Source: Bdellovibrionales bacterium (GTDB lineage Bacteria > Bdellovibrionota > Bdellovibrionia > Bdellovibrionales > UBA1609). From it: a stretch of 64,000 nt of DNA. The notes beneath the pieces are model-generated. The model saw only the letters and a program-made list of their open reading frames with translations, made no database searches and had not been told where the DNA came from. Below are positions 49,309-59,048 of this stretch, one piece after another. A program made the translations under genes and the position numbers. The stretch is from positions 800,531 to 864,530 of the forward strand of contig CBDATD010000001.1 in NCBI GenBank assembly GCA_965199935.1, read 5' to 3'. Each line of letters starts with the position of its first letter. Position 1 is the first letter of the stretch.

Positions 49309-49548
49309 ATGAAATTTCTTTTGGTCTTAGTTGGTTTGTGGACTGTTTCGGTTTTTGCCAAAGGAGACAAAGCAACTGAGGCGGAAGGCCCCGGCAGGTG
49401 TGCTTATTGCGATGAACATACTGTGCGTATAGATGAAAGGGATATAGAGACAAACCCCTCTGCTTTGACTCTTCTTCATGTTGCTCAATCTGCTGAATCG
49501 GAGAAAGCTCCGCCGAAAAAAACAAAATCCTCTCAAGGTGTTCAGTAA
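49309..49548 (+). CDS. Small secreted CxxC protein, positional equivalent of Bdellovibrio hit (Bd0108)
   Basis: Signal peptide, CAYC, polar low-complexity mature region, directly after the RHS gene; GAGG RBS. Confidence 0.6.
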   Translation: MKFLLVLVGLWTVSVFAKGDKATEAEGPGRCAYCDEHTVRIDERDIETNPSALTLLHVAQSAESEKAPPKKTKSSQGVQ

Positions 49549-49581
49549 ACACCGCCCCTGAGTACGTGATAACGTCTTTTC

Positions 49582-49950
49582 CATAAAAACGGGGCAGATA
49601 GATCTGTAAAGCTCAAACATGCGTTTTGCCACAGAGCAAACTTTGTCTGCTCTGTTTCAAAGCCGAACTCGTTTACAGCTCTACCTGCCCTGTTTTTCTA
49701 TGTACATATGCCGCTTCCACATTGACACTGTTTTCATAAAAGCAGGGCAGGTAGATCTGTAAAGCTCAAACATGCGTTTTGCCACAGAGCAAACTTTGTC
49801 TGCTCTGTTTCAAAGCCGAACTCGTTTACAGCTCTACCTGCCCCGTTTTTCTATGTACATATGCCGCTTCCACATTGACACTGTTTTCATAAAAGCAGGG
49901 CAGATAGATCTGTAAAGCTCAAACATGCGTTTTGCCACAGACAAATTTTG
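49582..49950 (+). repeat. Subfamily of the palindromic repeat, 153-bp period x2.4
   Basis: GCTCAAACAT at 49611, 49764, 49917; same core, different outer stem and linker. Confidence 0.93.
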
Positions 49951-50140
49951 TCCTTAGGTGTTTGAGTGATAGACAATTTTTCTCATTTTTGCCCTGTCAA
50001 ACACAGGCCCCCTGGAAGATGGCAATAACTCTAACTCATTGATTTTTCTAAATTATTTAACATTTTTCTCAAACGGTGTCTGCTTTGTCCCCTGATTTGC
50101 AGGTAATAAAGCAGGGGTTTTTTGCACAAGGAAGTGAAAT

Positions 50141-50773
50141 ATGTCTTATGATTTGTATCAGCAGACAATGAAAAGATTAAGCCAGACTTTAAGCGATAAG
50201 TTTTCAATTCCTATTCGTTATTTCAATCGGCCTGGCCCCCAGAGTACATCTATAGTGATTCCTCTCATTCTAAGCAGACAGACTGCTGGTCATCTTCAAG
50301 TAGATTCTTCTGTTTCTACAGAACTTCTGGATGAAATCTATCACCACGTTCAATGGACCCTCAGCTCTTTGGAAGATTTATTTCAGAAACACGGGGTTTC
50401 TTTTCAATCCCGTGAAGAAAGCTTTCCGGTGTGGATTTCTGCTTTGTCCGATCAAAGAGCTTTAAAAACAGCTTTGGATTTTTACGAAAGATCTTGTTTA
50501 AGATCTTTTGTCCATATCCATGCCTCCGTGTTTGACGCTGGACTCTTTTCCTCTGATTTAAAGAAAACTTTAATTTTTATTTCTTCTGCAGAACAGCTTT
50601 CAAAAGAGAGCCAACTCTTCTTAGCCCACTATTTAAGAACAAACAAAGAAGGGCCTTCTTTGATTTTTTCTTCTCCTTTATCTCTGGAGCCGGCTCAAAA
50701 AAAGATTGTCCCTTCGCTGTTGGAGTGTTTTACTTCTCATTGGTACAGCTCTGATGAACGGCTTAATAGATAG
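50141..50773 (+). CDS. Hypothetical protein, possible degenerate AAA/sigma54-activator-like domain
   Basis: TLIFISSAEQLSKESQLFLAHYL resembles a decayed Walker B region. Confidence 0.5.
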   Translation: MSYDLYQQTMKRLSQTLSDKFSIPIRYFNRPGPQSTSIVIPLILSRQTAGHLQVDSSVSTELLDEIYHHVQWTLSSLEDLFQKHGVSFQSREESFPVWISALSDQRALKTALDFYERSCLRSFVHIHASVFDAGLFSSDLKKTLIFISSAEQLSKESQLFLAHYLRTNKEGPSLIFSSPLSLEPAQKKIVPSLLECFTSHWYSSDERLNR

Positions 50774-50776
50774 CAT

Positions 50777-51709
50777 ATGAAACAATTCTTAGATCAGCAA
50801 CTCGGCTCCGCCTGGACGATCAAAAAAATCATGGGTGACAGCGGCGAGCGAAGATACCATCGGGTGGCTGTAAAAGACGGCACCTGCATCTTAGCGTCTT
50901 ATCCTCCAAGCGCAAAAAAAAGCTTGAAATCTTTTTTGGATGTACAGGGCCTGCTGTATCAAAAAAACTTCTCAGTCCCAAAAATATTAGCCCAAGACAA
51001 CAACAAGGGCTTTGTCTTGCTTGAAGATATAGGTTCTTTAAGTTTGGAGCGGTATTATTTGGACCGCCGCCGGCTGAATTTTCATAAAATGGCTTTGGAT
51101 TTTCTCTGGAAGATGCAAAAGGAGATTCGCTCCGAAGACTTAAAAACAGCCTTTACATGGAATCAAGGACTGCATGAAATGATTTTTGCTTATCAACAGC
51201 TGAACCAAGCTTTTTTAGAAGATGATAAGAAAAAATTATTTGAGGAGTTTAAAAATATCAACAATACACTGGTTCAGCCTCCTTTGACTTCCAGCCATAG
51301 GGATTTTCACTCTAGAAATTTATTTATTCATAAAGATCAGATTTATATCATTGATTTTCAGGACGCTGGTTCCTATCCTATTTACTATGATGCAGTCAGT
51401 TTGATGGAGGATCCTTATGCGGGCCTCTCCGATCAGGAGAAACAAGGATTGATGGATTATTATCAGAAAAAATGGAATCAAGAAATCAATAGGAGGCAGT
51501 TTCAATTAACGACGATACAGAGGCTGTTTAAAGCTGTCGGCAGTTTTATGAGTTTTTTTCATCTTAGAGGGCAGAACAGTCATTTGAAATATGTCCACCC
51601 CTCTCTGAAAAAAGTAGAGTCTGTGCTTGTTCAGATGGATGAGCACCCTTATTTTTTAAAATACATTCAGTCGATCTTAAACCATAAAGTACTTTTGAGT
51701 TATTCATGA
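50777..51709 (+). CDS. APH-family phosphotransferase, probable anomeric MurNAc/GlcNAc kinase (AmgK-like)
   Basis: GDSGERRYHR, HRDFHSRNL, IDFQDA, YDAVSLMED; coupled to a nucleotidyltransferase. Confidence 0.85.
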   Translation: MKQFLDQQLGSAWTIKKIMGDSGERRYHRVAVKDGTCILASYPPSAKKSLKSFLDVQGLLYQKNFSVPKILAQDNNKGFVLLEDIGSLSLERYYLDRRRLNFHKMALDFLWKMQKEIRSEDLKTAFTWNQGLHEMIFAYQQLNQAFLEDDKKKLFEEFKNINNTLVQPPLTSSHRDFHSRNLFIHKDQIYIIDFQDAGSYPIYYDAVSLMEDPYAGLSDQEKQGLMDYYQKKWNQEINRRQFQLTTIQRLFKAVGSFMSFFHLRGQNSHLKYVHPSLKKVESVLVQMDEHPYFLKYIQSILNHKVLLSYS

Positions 51710-52719
51710 AAGCTCTCCTGCTATGCGCCGGCCGAGGCTCCCGCCTGCATCCTTATACAAGAGCTTGTTCTAAAATAGCTCTTCCTTTTCTAAATATTCC
51801 GATAGCAGGCTACCCTTTAAAGGTTTTGGAGGATATAGGAGTTCGTCATTTGCTGGTGAATACTCACCATTGGCCTCAACAGGTTGTAAACACCATCGAG
51901 TGTCTCATCTCTTCTGTGCGGGAGAGGGCTGAGCCGGCTTCACGTTTTTCACACATGAAAAAGCCGAGCAGACAGACCTTCAAAGCTCAAACATACGTTT
52001 TGCCGCAAAACCGCCTTCCTATTCACCCTGTACCCCCGCAAAAGTCAGGCAGAAAAGTTCATAGTGCACCCTGCGCCGCCCCTGCGAAAGCAGGAATCCA
52101 GAGTCTTTCTTTTTCTTATGAACCGCGCTTGCTGGAGGGTTTGGGCTCTTTAAAAAAAAATAAAAGTTTTTTTGCAGGAGAAGAAAATTTGATTTGCTTC
52201 AACGGGGATTCTGTTTTCCTTTGCGGCGGTTTTTTTCCTCAAATGCTGGCTCAGCACCGGCAAAAAAAAGCTTTAATGACTTTTTTGTGCGCCCCTTTCA
52301 AAGAGAGAGCCGGTCATTTATGGGCGGATAAAAAAGGAAGAGTCATTTTGAAAGGGCGAAGCCCCTCCGATCAAAAATGTTTTTTTGCAGGTTTTACCTT
52401 GATCCATCATCAGTGCTTTTCTTTATTCAAAGATACGGACAACCATTTGTTTAGAGATTTTGTAAAGAGGCATCACCAAGATTGCTTTGTTTATATGCAG
52501 AAAGATTTGAAATTTTTTGAACTTGGCTCTTTGTCCAGTTATATGAAATCGCTGAACACCTGTGCGGAGTATTTGAAAGACCCTTTGTCTAAAGAGGGAA
52601 AACTTTTGCGTCAAATATTGGAGCACTGCCTGCCTGCTGAGTTTATGCAGGACGATAGTCATTTTCGTCTGGAATATTTACGCAGGCAGTTCTTTTCACA
52701 GGGTGGAATTGTCAAATAA
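51706..52719 (+). CDS. Sugar-phosphate nucleotidyltransferase (MurU-like) with in-frame repeat-derived insertion
   Basis: MKALLLCAGRGSRLHP...K, NTHH, NGDS; ~60-aa insert. Confidence 0.82.
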   Translation: MKALLLCAGRGSRLHPYTRACSKIALPFLNIPIAGYPLKVLEDIGVRHLLVNTHHWPQQVVNTIECLISSVRERAEPASRFSHMKKPSRQTFKAQTYVLPQNRLPIHPVPPQKSGRKVHSAPCAAPAKAGIQSLSFSYEPRLLEGLGSLKKNKSFFAGEENLICFNGDSVFLCGGFFPQMLAQHRQKKALMTFLCAPFKERAGHLWADKKGRVILKGRSPSDQKCFFAGFTLIHHQCFSLFKDTDNHLFRDFVKRHHQDCFVYMQKDLKFFELGSLSSYMKSLNTCAEYLKDPLSKEGKLLRQILEHCLPAEFMQDDSHFRLEYLRRQFFSQGGIVK

Positions 52720-52734
52720 AATAAAGAAACAGGG

Positions 52735-55011
52735 ATGGTTATGAAACAGCGTTATTTAATCAAAAGAAAAAAAGGGCAGTTGATTGTTTTCGGTCTTTTG
52801 GTTTTTCCGGTTATTTTTTTCTGTCTGGCGATGGTGATCAATGTCGGCATGGTCGTACATGATAAAATCAATCTGCAAAATGCAGTGGATTTAGCGGCGA
52901 TCTATGCGGCTCAAAAGCAGGCGGAGGTCATGGATGCTATGGCTCATATCAATTATCAAATGAGGCAAAACTACAAGCTGTTTGCCTGGAGATACTTGAT
53001 TTTAGGAAACATCGGAGCTTTTACGAATCCTGACACTTCATCTTCAGGAAGACAGCAAATGAATATTTTGAGCAGAACACCTGTCGCAGGCAGATCTTTA
53101 TGCCCCAATGCAGGCCCTGGCTGTCTTCGTCAAAACTGTGCAGGAAATTTCACAAACTGCCCCCATGCGGTTTGCACCATACATCCTTTGTTCTTTACGA
53201 CATGGCAATCGGATAATACTCATGTTTGCCAGCAGTATTTAGCCGGAGTGAGCGCAAAGGACTTGCCTCCTCTTACAAGAACCGCAGGTCCTGTGACCAC
53301 TTATTCTGTCTTAGCGGGGAATGACCAAGTACGAAGACTTCGTGAGCGATTAATAGAAAACTGCTCTGATGTGGGTTATCAAAATTGGATGGTCACAGCT
53401 TCTATGTACTTGGCCTTTCTCAGGGATCAAAGAAAACGAGCCATATTTGTTAAAGATAATTTATTTCCTTTGTTACAAGGTGGAAAAGAAATTGGAGGGC
53501 AGGGTGATATTAGTATTGCGGAAGGTGTGAGGAAAACTATTCAAAAAAATCTCACTTATGTTAATTATAAGAATTTCAATCGTGGTGATTATCTCAGTTT
53601 TAGTATAGTTCAATCAAACACAGGAGGAGACCCCGCACCTGTAACAACATCAACAGGATTTGACGATTTTTTTGAATGGGATGAGACTTCATCAATCCCT
53701 TTGTATGTTCAAAATACTAAGTCTGATAACAACCCTCTTGGGGATGGTACAAATACTTTTTGTGAAAGGACTGTTCAAACTGTGTTTCAATGTGACCCGG
53801 GGGGATCAAATCCACATTTAAGCCCACTAACTAATGTTGACTCAGGCGCTATGCACAAAATTGCAAATCACCAACCTGACCCTGATGATCTGAAGTGGTG
53901 TGAGATATTAAAAGCTGTGTGGAGCGGGAGTTCTGATCCAGAAAGGGTTGCCGGCTTTCACAAGAAGGCTGCAGCAAAACATTTAGGTGTTAAAGTGGAA
54001 GTTGCTATACCTTACAGGGGACAGTTGTTTTTTCCTCTTTTTGGCGAGATGGAGCTTAAGGCAAAAGCTTACGCTAAACCTTTTGGAGCTACTTTTGGCG
54101 GCAGTAAGCTGGATCTCCTCATTCCCCGCATTCCTCCCGGTGGAGGAGGAAATGCGTTTAACTTATTTCCTAATTATTCTCGTTTTTCTGGTGATCGATA
54201 CGGATTGACCGATGCACAAGTTCAATGGGCCTGGGGTGTTTTGTTTGCTGAGAATCCCATGCGAAGAGGCAGAGATATGCGTGATGTATCAGAGAGGCAA
54301 GGCCGGACGTTTAACAATTACAGTGATCTGCCTGACAGCATGGATGCTTATCAGGACCCTATGTTCTTACACTATGACGACCCTGGTTCAAACCCTAATG
54401 CTAACGCTGTTCAAGTTCAGTTGAGTAATCGTGAAATTTTTAGAAAAACAATGAGAATTTACGAAGAGATGGCGATAGCTCCAGATCCATTTGATGTTGC
54501 CAATTACACAATTTTACCCAACTATATGCTGACTCTTTATCCCAAACTAAAAAAAACTTTTAACAATCAATATGTGCCTGCAGATTTAGGTCATACTCAA
54601 AATTCAGGAGTTGATTTAACAGAGGATAGGCTATTGCCGCCTATTTACATCAACAATGCAAGACCTGGTATGGCACCGAAATTCCGTTTAAATTATATTG
54701 AAAGACAGATCATCTACGCCCACCGGCTCCCTCGGCAGGTATCCCCTTTTCCCAGCCTTGGAATAAATCAGGTATTGCCATATCGTGATAGTCAAAACGA
54801 GATGGTAAAGAGCGTGAATGGTCTTTTAACTTCTTGGGATCCTGAAGGCTCCGCACAACCATGTAGCCTGGATGATAGAGAAGTGAAATTGACATTCACC
54901 CTACAAGGTGGCCTTTCAGATGGCTTGGAGAGAAAGCTGATTCCTTCTCATTGTTTAAAGGGCGGACGTACAGGTTTTTCTGTGAAGATTGTTCATCCTA
55001 ATGCTCTCTAA
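52735..55011 (+). CDS. Large TadG-like pilus-associated protein
   Basis: KKGQLIV plus TM plus LQNAVDLAAIYAA (Tad N-terminal motif); Cys-rich extracellular region. Confidence 0.8.
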   Translation: MVMKQRYLIKRKKGQLIVFGLLVFPVIFFCLAMVINVGMVVHDKINLQNAVDLAAIYAAQKQAEVMDAMAHINYQMRQNYKLFAWRYLILGNIGAFTNPDTSSSGRQQMNILSRTPVAGRSLCPNAGPGCLRQNCAGNFTNCPHAVCTIHPLFFTTWQSDNTHVCQQYLAGVSAKDLPPLTRTAGPVTTYSVLAGNDQVRRLRERLIENCSDVGYQNWMVTASMYLAFLRDQRKRAIFVKDNLFPLLQGGKEIGGQGDISIAEGVRKTIQKNLTYVNYKNFNRGDYLSFSIVQSNTGGDPAPVTTSTGFDDFFEWDETSSIPLYVQNTKSDNNPLGDGTNTFCERTVQTVFQCDPGGSNPHLSPLTNVDSGAMHKIANHQPDPDDLKWCEILKAVWSGSSDPERVAGFHKKAAAKHLGVKVEVAIPYRGQLFFPLFGEMELKAKAYAKPFGATFGGSKLDLLIPRIPPGGGGNAFNLFPNYSRFSGDRYGLTDAQVQWAWGVLFAENPMRRGRDMRDVSERQGRTFNNYSDLPDSMDAYQDPMFLHYDDPGSNPNANAVQVQLSNREIFRKTMRIYEEMAIAPDPFDVANYTILPNYMLTLYPKLKKTFNNQYVPADLGHTQNSGVDLTEDRLLPPIYINNARPGMAPKFRLNYIERQIIYAHRLPRQVSPFPSLGINQVLPYRDSQNEMVKSVNGLLTSWDPEGSAQPCSLDDREVKLTFTLQGGLSDGLERKLIPSHCLKGGRTGFSVKIVHPNAL

Positions 55012-55109
55012 AGAGAAAATCCTCCTGCTCTTTCCTTGCATGCAAGCCCTTTCCTTGTACGTGTGGGTCCGGCGTTTTGCAGGGGCGGCTGTGCGGGTGA
55101 CCTGAGTTG

Positions 55110-55332
55110 CATCATGGCTCTTCAATGGAGCTAAAGTTGATTTTAAAAAATTCAAGTGAGAAATTTTTAAAGAAGAGGAAAAAATATCAAAAAAAGGCGA
55201 ACGCTCTTTTTTTCTTAATTCACTTATTTTAAACGTTCCAAGCTCTAAAATGGCTATTCGCCCGGCCAAAGAATCATTGGCTTTTGCGATAAGTTCCGGA
55301 GAACCGGAGCCGGTAAGCCATATCTTATGACT
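55110..55332 (-). pseudogene. Internal fragment of a third AAA_14/DUF4143 ATPase
   Basis: Reads KIWLTGSGSPELIAKANDSLAGRIAILELGTFKISEL; no Walker A or C-terminal domain. Confidence 0.72.
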
Positions 55333-55474
55333 CTACACTAAGATTTTACTGGTTTCAATAATTTTCTGCAGATGGACTCTCTTTCTTGTATAGGAACACT
55401 TATGCGCAGGACAAGATTGTGAGATGTTTGTTGAAAATAAAGGGAGGAGCCTGGCTGCGAAAGGCGGCGGAAAA

Positions 55475-56560
55475 CTACAGCCACTTTCTTTTTTTGAAAA
55501 ATACAAGCATAATTCCGCTGATCAAGAGTATCAAAACCCAAATCAATGGGTAGCTGTACTTCCACTCCAGCTCCGGCATAAATTTGAAGTTCATTCCATA
55601 AATTCCCACAATAAAAGTCAAAGGGATAAACAAAGAAGCAAAAAGAGTCAGCACCTTCATCACTTCATTCATTTTGCTGTTGACTGTGTTTTGATAAAAA
55701 TCCATGAGAGATGTGGTCAATTCATTGTAGTAATCAGCCACCTCAATAATTTGAACGATATGATCCTGAAGGTCTTGGAAATAACGGATATTTTGCGGAT
55801 CAATCCAAGGGTGCTTGTGGTCGATTATTTTGTTTAAAGCTTCTTTGATAGGAAAAATGGTTTTTCTTAAATAAAGAAATTCTCCCTTCAAAGAGATAAT
55901 ATCAATGGGTTTGACTTTATTGATATTGGCGGTCACGCTGTCTTCCAGCTGATCAAAGTAATCCTCCATAGGCTCTAAAACGAGATAGTATTGGTCAACC
56001 AAAAAATCAATCAGCGCATAAAACAAATAATCAGCCTGAAGTGTTCTGATTTTCCACACTGATTTTCGAATGCGTTCTTTAACAGGAGAGAAAAAATCAT
56101 CTTTTGTGTCGTTAAAAGAGAGAACAAAACCCTGTCCAAAAAATAAACTGGTCTGGCCGACTTTTAATTTAAGCAGTTCTTTTTGGGTTTCTATATTCAC
56201 CAGTTTGATGATCGCAAGAAGCATATTGTCCATTTCTTCTATTTTAGGTCTGTGGTCCATGTTCAAAACATCTTCCAGCCATAATCTATGAATGCCGAAT
56301 TGGTTTCCAATTTCTTCGATCACATTTTTATCTCTCAAACCTTGAAACTCAATCCAAGTCACAGTCGAAGTGTCTTTGGCGTTTTTCACGCATTTCTCCA
56401 GAGTGGAGGAAGTGGATTCTTCAAGAGAGTCTTTATTATAATTCATCAAATTAATTTGAACAGTTTCCGTGCCGCCGGATTCATCCACGTAAACCAAAGC
56501 TCCGGGATGAAGGCCGATCACTTTTGTTCGAGTTTTAAGCAGGCGGGCCATAAAGAACAC
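55475..56560 (-). CDS. corA: Magnesium/cobalt transporter
   Basis: MNEVMKVLT, GIYGMNF, MPELEW. Confidence 0.95.
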   Translation of the reverse strand: MFFMARLLKTRTKVIGLHPGALVYVDESGGTETVQINLMNYNKDSLEESTSSTLEKCVKNAKDTSTVTWIEFQGLRDKNVIEEIGNQFGIHRLWLEDVLNMDHRPKIEEMDNMLLAIIKLVNIETQKELLKLKVGQTSLFFGQGFVLSFNDTKDDFFSPVKERIRKSVWKIRTLQADYLFYALIDFLVDQYYLVLEPMEDYFDQLEDSVTANINKVKPIDIISLKGEFLYLRKTIFPIKEALNKIIDHKHPWIDPQNIRYFQDLQDHIVQIIEVADYYNELTTSLMDFYQNTVNSKMNEVMKVLTLFASLFIPLTFIVGIYGMNFKFMPELEWKYSYPLIWVLILLISGIMLVFFKKRKWL

Positions 56561-56626
56561 CTTTCAAAGCAGTACCATTTGATTATAGAAAAGTACGAGG
56601 AAATTCCAACTTGAGAGCTTGAAGAC

Positions 56627-57385
56627 TTAGACCAAAGAAGGATAAGAAAAAAGATGACAGGCGTTGGCCCACGTCTGCTCTTTCAATTTCTCTGTAGAAA
56701 CTTTATGCAAGTTCGCGGCCATTTTTGCTGTATGCAAAAGCCATGCCGGTTGATTTTCTTTTCCTCGATGAGGCAGAGGAGCCAGGTAAGGAGCGTCTGT
56801 TTCGATATGCAGGCGCTGGATAGGAATTTTTTCACAAACACGCCGCAGGCCCTCAGCCTTTTTAAAAGTAATGATGCCGCTGAACGATATATTGTATCCA
56901 ATGTCCAGAGCTTTTTTGGCCATGCCGTAAGAGCCTGTAAAACAATGAATCAAGCCCCGAACCCCCGGATACTCTTTTAAAATTGTGAGTGTGTCTTCTT
57001 CTGCATTTCGAGTATGAATCTCAACAGGGAGGCCCAGCTCATCCGCAAGAGCCATTTGCCTTCTAAAAACTTCCTTCTGAATTGAGCGGTCTGAATGCTC
57101 ATAATAATAGTCCAAACCTATTTCACCCAGGGCCTGAATGTTTTCATTTTGCAGGCTTTGTTTTAATTTTTCTTCACTAGCGTCATTATAGTCTTTGGCC
57201 GTGTGGGGGTGCTGTCCTAAAGCTCCAAAAACAGAAAATTTTTTTACGTCTTTTAAAACTTGATCCCAATCTTCTGCGGAAGTGCCTATGGTCATCATTT
57301 TTTGAACACCGGAATCCAAAGCTGTCTGGACCGCTTTGTCGGGGTTTTTTAACATATGCAGATGTGTATGAACGTCAACCCACAT
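56627..57385 (-). CDS. tatD: TatD-family deoxyribonuclease
   Basis: DVHTH, GEIGLDY, IHTR, HCF, ETDAPY. Confidence 0.92.
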   Translation of the reverse strand: MWVDVHTHLHMLKNPDKAVQTALDSGVQKMMTIGTSAEDWDQVLKDVKKFSVFGALGQHPHTAKDYNDASEEKLKQSLQNENIQALGEIGLDYYYEHSDRSIQKEVFRRQMALADELGLPVEIHTRNAEEDTLTILKEYPGVRGLIHCFTGSYGMAKKALDIGYNISFSGIITFKKAEGLRRVCEKIPIQRLHIETDAPYLAPLPHRGKENQPAWLLHTAKMAANLHKVSTEKLKEQTWANACHLFSYPSLV

Positions 57386-58310
57386 GATGGCTTGTCTCTG
57401 AGAAATACCTGCGGGCCTGGCTCCAGTAATTTTCAAAACATAAAAGAGAATCTAAATAAGATGAAATATCCTGCTCCAGACGGCAGGCTTTTTGGTAAAG
57501 CTGATAAATAACTGTTGGAGAAATTTTGAGCCATTTTTCATAGCAGGAGGTCTGGCGGGCATGAATCAGATCCCGCCCCCCTGCCTGCAGAATTCGAATG
57601 TCCCTTAGTATTTCTTGAAGGGTGCGGGCTGTCAGCAAGGCTGTTTTTCTCTCTCTTAAACGAACACTTAGATCATTGGAAATTTTTTGATCTTTTAATA
57701 AGCTGAAAATATCTTTATAAAGTTTTTCTTCATCCTTCCATTGGTTCACTCGGTTGAGCTGGCCCCGGCTGGCCTTAAGCCTCCAGTCTTCTTCTTCAGG
57801 AAGAATTTTTGCCATTTCCTGAAAACTTAATCTGTTAAAACGAATCAGTTGAGTTCTGGAGCGGATCGTGGACAGCAATTTTGCTATTTGACTGCAAATC
57901 AAAATGAAATACACCCCCTGAGGAGGCTCTTCCAAAGATTTTAAGAGAGCATTTTGTGTTTGATGATTCATGGTGTGCGCTTGATCAATGACAACAACAC
58001 GGCGGGATGAAAAACTTTGAAGAGAAATAAAGGATCTAATTTTTGAAATAACTTCTATCTTGATGCTGAGGCTCTCAGGTTCAATAAAGAACAGAGATGG
58101 GTGTTGTTTATTTTTAATTTGCCGGCACACTTGACAGTTCCTGCAGGATGGAAATGAAGAACAAATCAGTGCTTGAAGGGTTTCAAAAGCCGTTTGCGTT
58201 TTTCCAACACCGGGGGGGCCGTAAAAGAGCAGGGCCGGACCTAGATTTTTATTTTGAATAGAGTTCAACAGGGTGTTTTGGATGTCTGTACGGCTTTCGA
58301 TGGAGTTCAC
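57375..58310 (-). CDS. holB: DNA polymerase III delta-prime subunit
   Basis: GPPGVGK, zinc motif, QNALLKSLEEPP, TIRSR; downstream of tmk. Confidence 0.88.
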   Translation of the reverse strand: MNSIESRTDIQNTLLNSIQNKNLGPALLFYGPPGVGKTQTAFETLQALICSSFPSCRNCQVCRQIKNKQHPSLFFIEPESLSIKIEVISKIRSFISLQSFSSRRVVVIDQAHTMNHQTQNALLKSLEEPPQGVYFILICSQIAKLLSTIRSRTQLIRFNRLSFQEMAKILPEEEDWRLKASRGQLNRVNQWKDEEKLYKDIFSLLKDQKISNDLSVRLRERKTALLTARTLQEILRDIRILQAGGRDLIHARQTSCYEKWLKISPTVIYQLYQKACRLEQDISSYLDSLLCFENYWSQARRYFSETSHHVG

Positions 58311-58940
58311 TTACAGCCACGCTCTTTGCTTTAATTCTTGAATGAGCCTGCTGACTAAAGTTTTGGTGGGTTGAGAGGCATCCATGATCAGCCAAGGCCC
58401 GTACTCTTTGCTTTTAGTCAGTTTGTTATAATAATTTCTCACTTTTTCGTGGAAAGGCAGTTTTTCCATTTCAAAGCGGTCCAAAGGGTGGAAAGAGGTG
58501 CGGTTTTCCCAGCGTGTTTGAGCTTCTTCTAAAGGCAGATCCATGAACACCCATAGATCCGGATTGAGGCCGTCTGAAGCCCACTGATTCATCTGCAAAA
58601 CTTTTTTTTCATCCAAATCTCTGCCGCCGGATTGAAAAGCTGAAGTGCTAGCCCAAAAACGGTCACAAAGAACCCAGTGTCCTTTTTTCAGAGATGGTTT
58701 AATCACTTGCTCCACATTTTGTCTTCGGCAGGCTTCATAGAGGAATAATTCCGTCCAGGCGGTGGGTGCATTTTCATCATTTCTCAGAAGAATTTTTCGT
58801 ATCTGCTCTCCAAGAGGGGTCCCCCCCGGCTCCCTGGTTGCAGTCACAGGAATGCCTTGTGATTTCAGTTTTTGAGAAAGACCTTGCAGTAAAGTGCTTT
58901 TCCCTGAACCATCCAAACCTTCGAAAACTATAAACGGCAT
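58311..58940 (-). CDS. tmk: Thymidylate kinase
   Basis: FEGLDGSGKST, TREPGGT, LCDRF. Confidence 0.95.
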   Translation of the reverse strand: MPFIVFEGLDGSGKSTLLQGLSQKLKSQGIPVTATREPGGTPLGEQIRKILLRNDENAPTAWTELFLYEACRRQNVEQVIKPSLKKGHWVLCDRFWASTSAFQSGGRDLDEKKVLQMNQWASDGLNPDLWVFMDLPLEEAQTRWENRTSFHPLDRFEMEKLPFHEKVRNYYNKLTKSKEYGPWLIMDASQPTKTLVSRLIQELKQRAWL

Positions 58941-59048
58941 GATTCATTTTTAGACTGAAATTTTCTTGCCGTAAAGAACTCTTTTTACTGCACTGTTTTA
59001 TTCTAAGATCAATTTGTTTCGACCTCATTTTTAGTGTATGAGAGTGGC

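Noticed and set aside
47633-49548. RHS polymorphic toxin-immunity pair
   Set aside because: No DPxG core-end motif or C-terminal toxin domain; the context fits a pilus-associated RHS protein
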